Assembly: GCF_044647545.1 (NCBI RefSeq)
Contig: NZ_CP172818.1
Direction: 5' to 3' (one strand)
Source: Escherichia coli
Lineage (GTDB): Bacteria > Pseudomonadota > Gammaproteobacteria > Enterobacterales > Enterobacteriaceae
Length of the DNA stretch: 64,000 nt
A program made the translations under genes and the position numbers. The notes below the pieces were generated by a model. That model worked only from the letters and a program-made list of their open reading frames with translations. It did no database searches and was not told where the DNA came from. Positions 11,185 through 23,971 of this stretch are shown in pieces (positions within the stretch are counted from its first letter, which is position 1; each line of letters begins with the position of its first letter).

Positions 11185-12360
11185 ATGACAAATCAACCAA
11201 CGGAAATTGCCATTGTCGGCGGAGGAATGGTCGGCGGCGCACTGGCGCTGGGGCTGGCACAGCACGGATTTGCGGTAACGGTGATCGAGCACGCAGAACC
11301 TGCACCGTTTGTCGCTGACAGCCAGCCTGACGTGCGGATCTCGGCGATTAGTGCGGCTTCGGTATCATTGCTTAAAGGTTTAGGCATCTGGGACGCGGTA
11401 CAGGCTATGCGTTGCCATCCTTACCGCAGACTGGAAACGTGGGAGTGGGAAACGGCGCATGTGGTGTTTGACGCCGCTGAACTTAAGCTACCGTTGCTTG
11501 GCTACATGGTGGAAAACACTGTCCTGCAACAGGCGCTGTGGCAGGCGCTGGAAGCGCATCCGAAAGTAACGTTACGTGTGCCAGGCTCGCTGATTGCATT
11601 ACATCGAGATAATGATCTTCAGGAGCTGGAGCTGAAAGGCGGTGAAGTGATCCAGGCGAAGCTGGTGATTGGCGCTGACGGTGCAAATTCGCAGGTGCGG
11701 CAAATGGCGGGAATTGGCGTTCATGCCTGGCAGTATGCGCAGTCGTGTATGTTGATTAGCGTACAGTGCGAGAATGATCCCGGCGACAGCACCTGGCAGC
11801 AGTTTACTCCGGACGGGCCGCGTGCGTTTTTGCCGCTGTTTGATAACTGGGCGTCGCTGGTGTGGTATGACTCTCCGGCGCGTATTCGCCAGTTGCAGAA
11901 TATGAATATGGCGCAGCTCCAGGCGGAAATCGCGAAGCATTTCCCGTCGCGTCTGGGTTACGTGACACCGCTTGCCGCTGGTGCGTTTCCGCTGACACGT
12001 CGCCATGCGTTGCAGTATGTGCAACCAGGGCTTACGCTGGTGGGCGATGCCGCGCACACCATTCATCCGTTGGCGGGGCAGGGGGTTAACCTCGGTTATC
12101 GCGATGTTGATGCGCTGATTGACGTTCTGGTGAATGCCCGCAGCTACGGTGAAGCGTGGGCCAGTTATCCTGTCCTCAAGCGTTACCAGATGCGGCGTAT
12201 GGCGGATAACTTCATTATGCAAAGCGGTATGGATTTGTTTTATGCCGGATTCAGCAATAATCTGCCACCACTGCGTTTTATGCGTAATCTCGGATTAATG
12301 GCGGCGGAGCGTGCTGGCGTGTTGAAACGTCAGGCGCTGAAATATGCGTTAGGGTTGTAG
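11185..12360 (+). CDS. ubiF: FAD-dependent ubiquinone biosynthesis hydroxylase
   Basis: ORF 11179..12360; GGGMVG dinucleotide-binding motif; start at second Met assumed. Confidence 0.85.
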   Translation: MTNQPTEIAIVGGGMVGGALALGLAQHGFAVTVIEHAEPAPFVADSQPDVRISAISAASVSLLKGLGIWDAVQAMRCHPYRRLETWEWETAHVVFDAAELKLPLLGYMVENTVLQQALWQALEAHPKVTLRVPGSLIALHRDNDLQELELKGGEVIQAKLVIGADGANSQVRQMAGIGVHAWQYAQSCMLISVQCENDPGDSTWQQFTPDGPRAFLPLFDNWASLVWYDSPARIRQLQNMNMAQLQAEIAKHFPSRLGYVTPLAAGAFPLTRRHALQYVQPGLTLVGDAAHTIHPLAGQGVNLGYRDVDALIDVLVNARSYGEAWASYPVLKRYQMRRMADNFIMQSGMDLFYAGFSNNLPPLRFMRNLGLMAAERAGVLKRQALKYALGL

Positions 12361-12390
12361 CCTTACAACATTGCCGGATGCATGCCAACC

Positions 12391-12426
12391 GTAGGTCGGA
12401 TAAGACGCGTCAGCGTCGCATCCGAC
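12391..12426. repeat. REP (repetitive extragenic palindrome) element
   Basis: gtaggtcggataagacgcgtcagcgtcgcatccgac matches REP consensus. Confidence 0.6.
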
Positions 12427-12480
12427 TTTGAAGGATAAGACGTGTCAACATCGCATTCGACATTGAATATACGCAGAAAA

Positions 12481-12510
12481 GCAAAAAGCTCGCCGAAGCG
12501 AGCTTTTTTA
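12481..12510. terminator. Bidirectional intrinsic terminator (ubiF / tRNA operon)
   Basis: Hairpin gctcgc-cgaa-gcgagc flanked by A-run and T-run. Confidence 0.6.
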
Positions 12511-12513
12511 ATG

Positions 12514-12588
12514 TGGCTGGGGTACGAGGATTCGAACCTCGGAATGCCGGAATCAGAATCCGGTGCCTTACCGCTTGGCGATACCCCA
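12514..12588 (-). tRNA. glnX: tRNA-Gln (anticodon CUG)
   Basis: 75-nt cloverleaf sequence read on reverse strand, anticodon loop UUCUGAU, 3' CCA encoded. Confidence 0.9.
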
Positions 12589-12625
12589 ACTGGGTGCACT
12601 TACAAGGTAAGCGTCTTGAATAAAT

Positions 12626-12700
12626 TGGCTGGGGTACGAGGATTCGAACCTCGGAATGCCGGAATCAGAATCCGGTGCCTTACCGCTTGGCGATACCCCA
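12626..12700 (-). tRNA. glnV: tRNA-Gln (anticodon CUG)
   Basis: Identical copy of the preceding tRNA-Gln(CUG). Confidence 0.9.
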
Positions 12701-12748
12701 ACAAATTGGTTTTTGAATTTGCCGAACTTATTCGACACATTCAGAATT

Positions 12749-12825
12749 TGGTGGCTACGACGGGATTCGAACCTGTGACCCCATCATTATGAGTGATGTG
12801 CTCTAACCAACTGAGCTACGTAGCC
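12749..12825 (-). tRNA. metU: tRNA-Met elongator (anticodon CAU)
   Basis: 77-nt tRNA, anticodon loop with CAU, 3' CCA. Confidence 0.9.
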
Positions 12826-12840
12826 AGATTGTTTCTTCGA

Positions 12841-12915
12841 TGGCTGGGGTACCTGGATTCGAACCAGGGAATGCCGGTATCAAAAACCGGTGCCTTACCG
12901 CTTGGCGATACCCCA
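12841..12915 (-). tRNA. glnW: tRNA-Gln (anticodon UUG)
   Basis: 75-nt tRNA, anticodon loop UUUUGAU. Confidence 0.9.
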
Positions 12916-12949
12916 ATAACCGGGCGGTGAACCGCTTACTCGAAGAAGA

Positions 12950-13024
12950 TGGCTGGGGTACCTGGATTCGAACCAGGGAATGCCGGTATCAAAAACCGGT
13001 GCCTTACCGCTTGGCGATACCCCA
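12950..13024 (-). tRNA. glnU: tRNA-Gln (anticodon UUG)
   Basis: Identical copy of tRNA-Gln(UUG). Confidence 0.9.
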
Positions 13025-13047
13025 TCCGTACAACGCTTTCTGGTGAA

Positions 13048-13132
13048 TGGTGCGGGAGGCGAGACTTGAACTCGCACACCTTGCGGCGCCAGAACCTAAA
13101 TCTGGTGCGTCTACCAATTTCGCCACTCCCGC
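13048..13132 (-). tRNA. leuW: tRNA-Leu (anticodon UAG)
   Basis: 85-nt class II tRNA with long variable arm. Confidence 0.9.
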
Positions 13133-13140
13133 AAAAAAGA

Positions 13141-13217
13141 TGGTGGCTACGACGGGATTCGAACCTGTGACCCCATCATTATGAGTGATGTGCTCTAACC
13201 AACTGAGCTACGTAGCC
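13141..13217 (-). tRNA. metT: tRNA-Met elongator (anticodon CAU)
   Basis: Identical to the metU copy at 12749..12825. Confidence 0.9.
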
Positions 13218-13256
13218 ATCTTTTTTTTCGCGATACCTTATCGGCGTTGCGGGGCG

Positions 13257-13286
13257 CATTATGCGTATAGAGCCTTGCAGCGTCAA
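13257..13286 (-). promoter_or_regulatory. Candidate sigma70 promoter of the metT tRNA operon with GC-rich discriminator
   Basis: On minus strand TTGACG, 17-nt spacer, CATAAT, then GCGCCCC discriminator immediately upstream of metT. Confidence 0.5.
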
Positions 13287-13586
13287 CCTCTTTTTCAAGG
13301 AAAATTGCTCGAAAGTGACTGTTTGGTTAGGTTGCGAACAGCGTGGCGCTATATTCGTCAATTATTGTTTACTTTGTGTTTTTTCCCCACCCTACAGCCA
13401 TTCTTTTGTCATACAGGATGAAATTCGGAATTCAACAATAGTGGTGGGAAATTAATCTATGAAATACTCCCTTCAACAACACAGGATTACCTCATTTCTA
13501 CCACACATTTATTAGGAATACTATCTTTTATACATTATTACTTAAACCTCCAACCAAACCGAAAAAAATATTTTTTAAAATTAAAA

Positions 13587-13645
<59 letters not shown>

Positions 13646-13744
13646 GAAGCGTGGCCTACAGTGATGAATTGTCAAACAGTGATGTGGCAAACCCGGAACA
13701 TTTCCTTACTGCATATCAGAATCAACAAGCACCTCAATAACTGA

Positions 13745-13776
13745 AACAGCCCCGGATTTTACCGGGGCTGTTTCGC
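13745..13776 (-). terminator. Hairpin downstream of asnB
   Basis: cagccccgg-atttta-ccggggctg stem-loop; short U-run only. Confidence 0.45.
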
Positions 13777-13781
13777 ATTTC

Positions 13782-15446
13782 TTACTTGTACGCCGACTGG
13801 TGAACACCAACCGCACGACCAGATGGATCGTCCATTTTTTTGAACGCTTCATCCCATTCGATCGCTTTAGCGGAAGAACACGCGACGGAAGGACCGCCCG
13901 GCACGCACTCAGCGGCGCTCGGAAGCGGGAACAGTTCTTCAAAGATCTCGCGGTACAGATACGCTTCTTTGGACGTCGGCGTGTTGTACGGGAAGCGGAA
14001 GCGGGCAGTTTCCAGCTGTTGATCAGAAACCTGCTGCGCCGCCACTTCTTTCAGGGTGTCGATCCAACTGTAACCGACGCCATCGGAGAACTGCTCTTTC
14101 TGCCGCCAGGCCACGCTTGCGGGCAGATACGCTTCAAAACATTCACGCAGGATGTGTTTTTCCATTTTGCCGTTACCGCACATTTTATCCTGTGGGTTAA
14201 TGCGCATCGCCACGTCGAGGAATTTTTTGTCGAGGAACGGAACGCGTGCTTCCACGCCCCAGGCGGACATCGCTTTGTTGGCACGCGCGCAGTCATACAT
14301 ATGCAGGGCCAGCAGTTTACGCACCGTCTCTTCATGCAGTTCTTTGGCATTCGGCGCTTTGTGGAAGTATAGATAACCGCCAAACACTTCATCAGATCCT
14401 TCACCGGACAGCACCATTTTAATGCCCATCGCCTTGATCTTACGCGACATTAAATACATCGGTGTTGAAGCGCGAATAGTGGTCACATCATAGGTTTCGA
14501 TGTGGTAAATCACGTCGCGGATGGCGTCCAGACCTTCCTGTACAGTGAAGTGAATTTCATGATGCACAGTGCCCAGATGGTTTGCCACTTCCTGGGCTGC
14601 CTTCAGATCCGGTGAACCCGGCAGACCTACAGCAAAGGAGTGCAGCTGCGGCCACCAGGCTTCAGAGCGTTCCTGATCTTCCACGCGACGGGCGGCGTAT
14701 TTCTTGGTGATAGCGGAAATGATTGAGGAATCCAGGCCACCAGATAGCAGCACACCGTAAGGCACATCAGACATCAGATGGCTTTTAACGGAATCTTCCA
14801 GTGCCTGACGCAGCTCGTTTTTGTCGGTCACGTTATCTTTCACCGCATCGTAGTCGAACCAGTCGCGATGATAATAAGAACGGATTTCGCCGTCCTGACT
14901 CCACAAATAGCTCCCCGCCGGAAACTCTTTAATCGTGCGGCAAACTGGCACGAGGGCTTTCATTTCTGAGGCCACATACAGCTGACCGTGTTCGTCATAG
15001 CCCATATACAGTGGGATGATCCCCAGATGGTCGCGACCAATCAGATATGCATCTTTTTCGCTGTCGTACAGGGCAAAGGCAAACATGCCCTGCAAGTCGT
15101 CGAGAAATTCCGGCCCTTTTTCCTGATACAGCGCGAGGATCACTTCACAGTCAGACCCGGTCTGGAATTGGTAACGATCGCCATATTCAGCGCGCAATGC
15201 CTGGTGGTTGTAGATTTCACCGTTTACTGCCAGCACATGAGTTTTTTGTTGGTTGTAGAGAGGTTGCGCCCCCGCGTTAACGTCAACAATTGACAGACGT
15301 TCGTGGGCGAGAATGGCGTTATCGCTGGCATAAATACCGGACCAGTCCGGGCCACGATGACGCATCAGGCGTGACAGCTCGAGTGCTTTCTTACGCAGCT
15401 CAACTGCGTCTGTTTTGATATCGAATACGCCAAAAATTGAACACAT
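13782..15446 (-). CDS. asnB: Asparagine synthetase B (glutamine-hydrolysing)
   Basis: ORF 13782..15509; N-terminal MCSIFG (Ntn Cys) gives 554 aa from internal Met. Confidence 0.9.
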   Translation of the reverse strand: MCSIFGVFDIKTDAVELRKKALELSRLMRHRGPDWSGIYASDNAILAHERLSIVDVNAGAQPLYNQQKTHVLAVNGEIYNHQALRAEYGDRYQFQTGSDCEVILALYQEKGPEFLDDLQGMFAFALYDSEKDAYLIGRDHLGIIPLYMGYDEHGQLYVASEMKALVPVCRTIKEFPAGSYLWSQDGEIRSYYHRDWFDYDAVKDNVTDKNELRQALEDSVKSHLMSDVPYGVLLSGGLDSSIISAITKKYAARRVEDQERSEAWWPQLHSFAVGLPGSPDLKAAQEVANHLGTVHHEIHFTVQEGLDAIRDVIYHIETYDVTTIRASTPMYLMSRKIKAMGIKMVLSGEGSDEVFGGYLYFHKAPNAKELHEETVRKLLALHMYDCARANKAMSAWGVEARVPFLDKKFLDVAMRINPQDKMCGNGKMEKHILRECFEAYLPASVAWRQKEQFSDGVGYSWIDTLKEVAAQQVSDQQLETARFRFPYNTPTSKEAYLYREIFEELFPLPSAAECVPGGPSVACSSAKAIEWDEAFKKMDDPSGRAVGVHQSAYK

Positions 15447-15700
15447 AACCTTCTCCGTTAACCTGGTATTTGTTGCTTGTTGTGTTTGCTTGTTTAAAAA
15501 ATGCCGCAAAGCAGCACGGTGCGCAAGCGATTTGGCGGTGGAAAAATAAAAAACGTAATGGCGATTGCTGATTTGTGAAAAAGGATAGGGTGTGGTGGCG
15601 TATTTATTGATGGATCGATAATTTTTGACGGGTTTTATTGAATAGGATGATTTTAATGATGGCTAAAATAAGAAACCACGCCCTGAGGCGTGGTTGCTAT

Positions 15701-16453
15701 TCAGATAACGTCGATTTCAGCGACCGACGGGTAAATCCAGCTTGGGCGGAACGGCATACTGTCGATATCGTCGAGCGATGAAACACCAGAAAGCACCAGA
15801 ATCGTCTCCAGACCCGCCTGGAAGCCCGCCAGAATATCGGTACGCAGGTTATCGCCGACAATCACCGTTTCTTCCGAATGCGCCTGCATTTTGTTTAATG
15901 CCGCGCGGATGATCCACGGACTCGGTTTACCAACATAGAACGGTTTACGCCCGGAGATTTTTTCGATCCCTGCACACAACGCGCCACAGGCCGGATAAAA
16001 ACCGCGCCCGTGGGTGTCCGGGTTGGTGGCGATAAAGCGTGCACCGTTAGCGACGAAATAGGCTGCTTTATGCATCATGTCCCAGTTGTAGGAACGCGTT
16101 TCACCAACAATCACGAAATCAGGGTTCACATCGGTAATAGTGAAACCGGCTTTGTACAGTTCATGAATCAGTGCGCCTTCGCCCACCACATACGCTTTCT
16201 TGCCTTCCTGGCGACGCAGGAAATCGGCGGTCGCCATTGCAGAGGTATAAAACACGCTGTCAGGTACATCGACACCGGCAGTGGCAAAGCGGTTCGCCAG
16301 ATCTTGCCCGGTCTGCGAAGGATAGTTGGTCAGCAACACCAGCGGCAGGCCTTTATCCATAATCCCGTGCAAAAATTCCGCTGCACCCGGTACGGCGACG
16401 TTATCGTGCATCAGCACGCCGTCGATATCGCAAATTACATTTTTAATGGTCAT
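15701..16453 (-). CDS. umpH: UMP phosphatase (HAD family)
   Basis: 250 aa ORF, HAD motif DIDGVL, last gene of nagBACD. Confidence 0.9.
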   Translation of the reverse strand: MTIKNVICDIDGVLMHDNVAVPGAAEFLHGIMDKGLPLVLLTNYPSQTGQDLANRFATAGVDVPDSVFYTSAMATADFLRRQEGKKAYVVGEGALIHELYKAGFTITDVNPDFVIVGETRSYNWDMMHKAAYFVANGARFIATNPDTHGRGFYPACGALCAGIEKISGRKPFYVGKPSPWIIRAALNKMQAHSEETVIVGDNLRTDILAGFQAGLETILVLSGVSSLDDIDSMPFRPSWIYPSVAEIDVI

Positions 16454-16500
16454 GGACTACCCAGAATATTGACAACAATAAGCGCCACTATAAAAGCACA

Positions 16501-17721
16501 TTAATTTTCCAGCAAATGCTGGAGCAAAATACCGTTGAGCATGGCGCGTTTTACCAGCGCAAAAGCGCCGATTGCCGAGCGGTGATCCAGCTCAGAACGT
16601 ACCACCGGCAGATTAGTGCGAAACGCCTTCAGCGCCTGGGTATTAATGCAGCTTTCAATAGCAGGGAGCAGCACTTTATCGGCTTCGGTGATTTCACCAG
16701 CAATAACAATTTTTTGCGGGTTAAATAAGTTGATAGCAATGGCGATGGTTTTACCCAGATGACGACCGACATATTCAATCACTTCCGACGCCAGGCTATC
16801 GCCCTTGTTCGCGGCTTTGCAGATAGTTTTGATGGTGCAGTCGTCCAGCGGCACGCGGCTCTGGTAGCCCTGCTTTAACAGATTCAACACCCGTTGTTCA
16901 ATGGCAGCGTTGGCGGCGATAGTTTCCAGGCAGCCAAAGTTGCCGCAGTGGCAGCGTTCACCCAGCGGTTCGACCTGAATATGGCCAATTTCACCGACGT
17001 TGCCGTTGCGCCCGATAAAAATTCGCCCGTTAGAGATAATCCCGGCCCCGGTTCCACGATGGACACGCACCAGAATGGAGTCTTCGCAATCCTGACTTGC
17101 ACCGAAGTAGTGCTCTGCCAGCGCCAGACTGCGGATATCGTGGCCGACAAAACAGGTCACTTTAAAACGTTCTTCCAGTGCTTCTACCAGCCCCCAGTTT
17201 TCTACCTGAATATGCGGCATGTAATGAATTTTGCCGCTGTCCGGGTCAACAAGTCCTGGCAGGATCACGGAAATGGCGATCAGCTCGCGCAGTTTGCGCT
17301 GGTAGCTATCAATAAACTGAGCAATGGCGTTAAGCAGGGCATGTTCCAGCGTCTGCTGGGTACGTTCCGGCAGCGGGTAATGTTCTTCTGCCAGCACTTT
17401 GCTACTAAGATCAAACAGAGTGATGGTGGCGTCGTGACGACCAAGCCGTACGCCGATTGCGTGGAAATTGCGGGTTTCGGTGACGATAGAGATAGCGCGG
17501 CGGCCCCCGGTGGAGGCCTGCTGATCAACTTCTTTGATCAGCCCGCGTTCGATAAGCTGACGCGTAATTTTGGTTACGCTGGCGGGGGCAAGCTGACTTT
17601 GCTCGGCAATCTGAATCCGCGAGATTGGTCCGTACTGGTCAATCAGGCGATAAACCGCCGCGCTGTTAAGCTGTTTTACGAGATCAACATTACCTATCTG
17701 AGCTTGTCCGCCTGGTGTCAT
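16501..17721 (-). CDS. nagC: N-acetylglucosamine repressor (ROK family)
   Basis: 406 aa ORF, N-terminal HTH plus ROK sugar kinase-like domain. Confidence 0.9.
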   Translation of the reverse strand: MTPGGQAQIGNVDLVKQLNSAAVYRLIDQYGPISRIQIAEQSQLAPASVTKITRQLIERGLIKEVDQQASTGGRRAISIVTETRNFHAIGVRLGRHDATITLFDLSSKVLAEEHYPLPERTQQTLEHALLNAIAQFIDSYQRKLRELIAISVILPGLVDPDSGKIHYMPHIQVENWGLVEALEERFKVTCFVGHDIRSLALAEHYFGASQDCEDSILVRVHRGTGAGIISNGRIFIGRNGNVGEIGHIQVEPLGERCHCGNFGCLETIAANAAIEQRVLNLLKQGYQSRVPLDDCTIKTICKAANKGDSLASEVIEYVGRHLGKTIAIAINLFNPQKIVIAGEITEADKVLLPAIESCINTQALKAFRTNLPVVRSELDHRSAIGAFALVKRAMLNGILLQHLLEN

Positions 17722-17729
17722 ACTTTCTC

Positions 17730-19738
<2,009 letters not shown>

Positions 19739-20070
19739 TATTCACCTCAATAAGTAAAATGTAAGCCGTTGGCGGATTAGGCATCTTTAAGCGTAACCTG
19801 GATTTGCGCAGACAGGCGTCAATCCGACCTGATTTTTTGAATGATAAAATAAGTTTTCTGGTTTAGCCAGTAAAAGGGAGTGATGATAACGATATTTGGT
19901 GACAAAACTCACAAAAGACACGCGTTTAATTTGCGATACGAATTAAATTTTCACACACTCTGTAGCAGATGATCTAACAATCTGATTACAGAACATCGGC
20001 AGTACAATTTGCAGCAAAATAAAAATACGGCTTTAAATGAGCCAAATAGGGTTCTCGTAGGGGGAATAAG
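19739..20070. promoter_or_regulatory. Divergent nagE / nagBACD control region (NagC operators and CRP site expected)
   Basis: Intergenic spacer between divergent nagB and nagE; AT-rich with TGTGA/TCACA-like half-sites; individual sites not resolved. Confidence 0.55.
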
Positions 20071-22017
20071 ATGAATATTTTAGGTTTTTTCCAGCGACTC
20101 GGTAGGGCGTTACAGCTCCCTATCGCGGTGCTGCCGGTGGCGGCGCTGTTGCTGCGATTCGGTCAGCCAGATTTACTTAACGTTGCGTTTATTGCCCAGG
20201 CGGGCGGTGCGATTTTTGATAACCTCGCATTAATCTTCGCCATCGGTGTGGCATCCAGCTGGTCGAAAGACAGCGCAGGTGCGGCGGCACTGGCGGGTGC
20301 GGTAGGTTACTTTGTGTTAACCAAAGCGATGGTTACCATCAACCCAGAAATTAACATGGGTGTACTGGCGGGTATCATTACCGGTCTGGTTGGTGGCGCA
20401 GCTTATAACCGTTGGTCCGATATTAAACTGCCGGACTTCCTGAGTTTCTTCGGCGGCAAACGCTTTGTGCCGATTGCCACCGGCTTCTTCTGCCTGGTGC
20501 TGGCGGCCATTTTTGGTTACGTCTGGCCGCCGGTACAGCACGCTATCCATGCAGGCGGCGAGTGGATCGTTTCTGCGGGCGCGCTGGGTTCCGGTATCTT
20601 TGGTTTCATCAACCGTCTGCTGATCCCAACCGGTCTGCATCAGGTGCTGAACACCATCGCCTGGTTCCAGATTGGTGAATTCACCAACGCGGCGGGTACG
20701 GTTTTCCACGGTGATATCAACCGCTTCTATGCCGGTGACGGCACCGCGGGGATGTTCATGTCCGGCTTCTTCCCGATCATGATGTTCGGTCTGCCGGGTG
20801 CGGCGCTGGCGATGTACTTCGCAGCACCGAAAGAGCGCCGTCCGATGGTTGGCGGGATGTTGCTTTCTGTTGCTGTTACTGCGTTCCTGACCGGTGTGAC
20901 TGAGCCGCTGGAATTCCTGTTCATGTTCCTTGCACCGCTGCTGTACCTCCTGCACGCACTGCTGACCGGTATCAGCCTGTTTGTGGCAACGTTGCTGGGT
21001 ATCCATGCCGGCTTCTCTTTCTCTGCGGGGGCTATCGACTACGCGTTGATGTATAACCTGCCGGCCGCCAGCCAGAACGTCTGGATGCTGCTGGTGATGG
21101 GGGTTGTCTTCTTCGCTATCTACTTCGTGGTGTTCAGTTTGGTTATCCGCATGTTCAACCTGAAAACGCCGGGTCGTGAAGATAAAGAAGACGAGATCGT
21201 TACTGAAGAGGCTAACAGCAATACTGAAGAAGGTCTCAATCAACTGGCAACCAACTATATTGCTGCGGTTGGCGGCACTGACAACCTGAAAGCAATTGAC
21301 GCCTGTATCACCCGTCTGCGCCTTACAGTGGCTGACTCTGCCCGCGTTAACGATACGATGTGTAAACGTCTGGGTGCTTCTGGGGTAGTGAAACTGAACA
21401 AACAGACTATTCAGGTGATTGTTGGCGCGAAAGCAGAATCCATCGGCGATGCGATGAAGAAAGTCGTTGCCCGTGGTCCGGTAGCCGCTGCGTCAGCTGA
21501 AACTGCGCCTGCAACTGCCGCGCCTGTAGCAAAACCGCAGGCTGTACCAAACGCGGTGTCTGTCGCGGAGCTGGTATCGCCGATTACCGGTGATGTTGTG
21601 GCACTGGATCAGGTTCCTGACGAAGCATTCGCCAGCAAAGCGGTGGGTGACGGTGTGGCGGTGAAACCGACAGATAAAATCGTCGTATCACCAGCCGCAG
21701 GGACTATCGTGAAAATCTTCAACACCAACCACGCATTCTGCCTGGAAACTGAAAAAGGCGCGGAGATTGTCGTCCATATGGGTATCGACACCGTAGCGCT
21801 GGAAGGTAAAGGCTTTAAACGTCTGGTGGAAGAGGGCGCGCAAGTAAGCGCAGGGCAACCGATTCTGGAAATGGATCTGGATTATCTGAACGAAAACGCC
21901 CGCTCGATGATTAGCCCGGTGGTTTGCAGCAATATCGACGATTTCAGCGGCTTGATCATTAAAGCTCAGGGCCATGTCGTGGCGGGTCAAACGCCGCTGT
22001 ATGAAATCAAAAAGTAA
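20071..22017 (+). CDS. nagE: PTS N-acetylglucosamine-specific EIICBA
   Basis: 648 aa ORF with EIIC membrane domain, EIIB Cys region and EIIA C-terminus. Confidence 0.9.
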   Translation: MNILGFFQRLGRALQLPIAVLPVAALLLRFGQPDLLNVAFIAQAGGAIFDNLALIFAIGVASSWSKDSAGAAALAGAVGYFVLTKAMVTINPEINMGVLAGIITGLVGGAAYNRWSDIKLPDFLSFFGGKRFVPIATGFFCLVLAAIFGYVWPPVQHAIHAGGEWIVSAGALGSGIFGFINRLLIPTGLHQVLNTIAWFQIGEFTNAAGTVFHGDINRFYAGDGTAGMFMSGFFPIMMFGLPGAALAMYFAAPKERRPMVGGMLLSVAVTAFLTGVTEPLEFLFMFLAPLLYLLHALLTGISLFVATLLGIHAGFSFSAGAIDYALMYNLPAASQNVWMLLVMGVVFFAIYFVVFSLVIRMFNLKTPGREDKEDEIVTEEANSNTEEGLNQLATNYIAAVGGTDNLKAIDACITRLRLTVADSARVNDTMCKRLGASGVVKLNKQTIQVIVGAKAESIGDAMKKVVARGPVAAASAETAPATAAPVAKPQAVPNAVSVAELVSPITGDVVALDQVPDEAFASKAVGDGVAVKPTDKIVVSPAAGTIVKIFNTNHAFCLETEKGAEIVVHMGIDTVALEGKGFKRLVEEGAQVSAGQPILEMDLDYLNENARSMISPVVCSNIDDFSGLIIKAQGHVVAGQTPLYEIKK

Positions 22018-22026
22018 TCTGCTTTA

Positions 22027-22056
22027 TGCCTGATGCGACGCTTGAGCGTCGCATCC
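22027..22056. repeat. REP-like palindromic unit
   Basis: tgcctgatgcgacgc ttga gcgtcgcatcc palindrome. Confidence 0.4.
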
Positions 22057-22219
22057 AACAATGACAAGCGGTGGAGATCTTCTCTGTCGCTTTTTTTTTC
22101 ATCAATCATCCCCATAATCTCAGTGAGATTTTCGATTTTCACTAACTAACAGTTGTCAGCCTGTCCCGCTTATAAGATCATACGCCGTTATACGTTGTTT
22201 ACGCTTTGAGGAATCCACG

Positions 22220-23884
22220 ATGAGTGAGGCAGAAGCCCGCCCGACTAACTTTATTCGTCAGATCATCGATGAAGATCTGGCCAGTGGTAAGCACACCACA
22301 GTACACACCCGTTTCCCGCCGGAGCCGAATGGCTATCTGCATATTGGCCATGCGAAATCTATCTGCCTGAACTTCGGGATCGCCCAGGACTATAAAGGCC
22401 AGTGCAACCTGCGTTTCGACGACACTAACCCGGTAAAAGAAGATATCGAGTATGTTGAGTCGATCAAAAACGACGTTGAGTGGTTAGGTTTTCACTGGTC
22501 TGGTAACGTCCGTTACTCCTCCGATTATTTTGATCAGCTCCACGCCTATGCGATCGAACTGATCAATAAAGGCCTGGCGTACGTTGATGAACTGACACCG
22601 GAACAGATCCGCGAATACCGCGGCACCCTGACGCAGCCGGGTAAAAACAGCCCGTACCGCGACCGCAGCGTTGAAGAGAACCTGGCGCTGTTCGAGAAAA
22701 TGCGTACCGGCGGTTTTGAAGAAGGTAAAGCCTGCCTGCGTGCGAAGATCGACATGGCTTCGCCGTTTATCGTGATGCGCGATCCGGTGCTGTACCGCAT
22801 TAAGTTTGCTGAACACCACCAGACTGGCAACAAGTGGTGCATCTACCCGATGTACGACTTTACCCACTGCATCAGCGATGCGCTGGAAGGTATTACGCAC
22901 TCTCTGTGTACGCTTGAGTTCCAGGACAACCGTCGCCTGTACGACTGGGTGCTGGACAACATCACCATTCCTGTTCACCCGCGCCAGTACGAATTCTCGC
23001 GCCTGAATCTGGAATACACTGTGATGTCCAAGCGTAAGCTGAACCTGCTGGTGACCGACAAGCACGTTGAAGGCTGGGATGACCCGCGTATGCCGACCAT
23101 TTCCGGTCTGCGTCGTCGTGGTTACACTGCGGCTTCTATTCGTGAGTTCTGCAAACGCATCGGCGTGACCAAGCAGGACAACACCATTGAGATGGCGTCG
23201 CTGGAATCCTGCATCCGTGAAGATCTCAACGAAAACGCCCCGCGCGCAATGGCGGTTATCGATCCGGTGAAACTGGTTATCGAAAACTATCAGGGCGAAG
23301 GCGAAATGGTTACCATGCCGAACCATCCGAACAAACCGGAAATGGGGAGCCGTCAGGTGCCGTTTAGCGGTGAGATTTGGATCGATCGCGCCGATTTCCG
23401 CGAAGAAGCTAACAAGCAGTACAAACGTCTGGTGCTGGGTAAAGAAGTGCGTCTGCGTAATGCTTACGTCATTAAGGCAGAACGCGTGGAGAAAGATGCC
23501 GAAGGCAATATCACCACCATCTTCTGTACTTATGACGCCGACACCTTAAGCAAAGATCCGGCAGATGGTCGTAAAGTCAAAGGCGTTATTCACTGGGTGA
23601 GCGCGGCACATGCGCTGCCGGTTGAAATCCGTTTGTATGACCGTCTGTTCAGCGTGCCGAACCCTGGTGCTGCGGATGATTTCCTGTCGGTGATTAACCC
23701 GGAATCGCTGGTGATCAAACAGGGCTTTGCTGAACCGTCGCTGAAAGATGCGGTAGCGGGTAAAGCATTCCAGTTTGAGCGTGAAGGTTACTTCTGTCTC
23801 GACAGCCGCCATTCTACGGCGGAAAAACCGGTATTTAACCGCACCGTTGGGTTGCGTGATACCTGGGCGAAAGTAGGCGAGTAA
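22220..23884 (+). CDS. glnS: Glutaminyl-tRNA synthetase
   Basis: 554 aa ORF with HIGH (HIGH at N-term) and VMSKR (KMSKS-type) motifs. Confidence 0.9.
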   Translation: MSEAEARPTNFIRQIIDEDLASGKHTTVHTRFPPEPNGYLHIGHAKSICLNFGIAQDYKGQCNLRFDDTNPVKEDIEYVESIKNDVEWLGFHWSGNVRYSSDYFDQLHAYAIELINKGLAYVDELTPEQIREYRGTLTQPGKNSPYRDRSVEENLALFEKMRTGGFEEGKACLRAKIDMASPFIVMRDPVLYRIKFAEHHQTGNKWCIYPMYDFTHCISDALEGITHSLCTLEFQDNRRLYDWVLDNITIPVHPRQYEFSRLNLEYTVMSKRKLNLLVTDKHVEGWDDPRMPTISGLRRRGYTAASIREFCKRIGVTKQDNTIEMASLESCIREDLNENAPRAMAVIDPVKLVIENYQGEGEMVTMPNHPNKPEMGSRQVPFSGEIWIDRADFREEANKQYKRLVLGKEVRLRNAYVIKAERVEKDAEGNITTIFCTYDADTLSKDPADGRKVKGVIHWVSAAHALPVEIRLYDRLFSVPNPGAADDFLSVINPESLVIKQGFAEPSLKDAVAGKAFQFEREGYFCLDSRHSTAEKPVFNRTVGLRDTWAKVGE

Positions 23885-23903
23885 GTTTACGTTGTCGGAT
23901 AGA

Positions 23904-23930
23904 GCGTTCACGCCGCATCCGGCAAAAAAT
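23904..23930. repeat. REP element
   Basis: ttcacgccgcatccggc matches REP core. Confidence 0.5.
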
Positions 23931-23945
23931 AGCAAACAAACCCAA

Positions 23946-23971
23946 ACGCCGCGCTCCGCGGCGTTTTTTTT
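23946..23971 (+). terminator. glnS intrinsic terminator
   Basis: gccgcg-ctcc-gcggc hairpin followed by T8. Confidence 0.75.

Noticed and set aside
12360-13300. Genomic island or prophage integrated at the tRNA cluster
   Set aside because: No integrase, direct-repeat att sites or phage genes adjacent; flanking genes (ubiF, asnB) are the native neighbours.
20317-21243. 308 aa ORF antisense to nagE
   Set aside because: Shadow ORF; His/Gln/Arg-rich translation with no start context.
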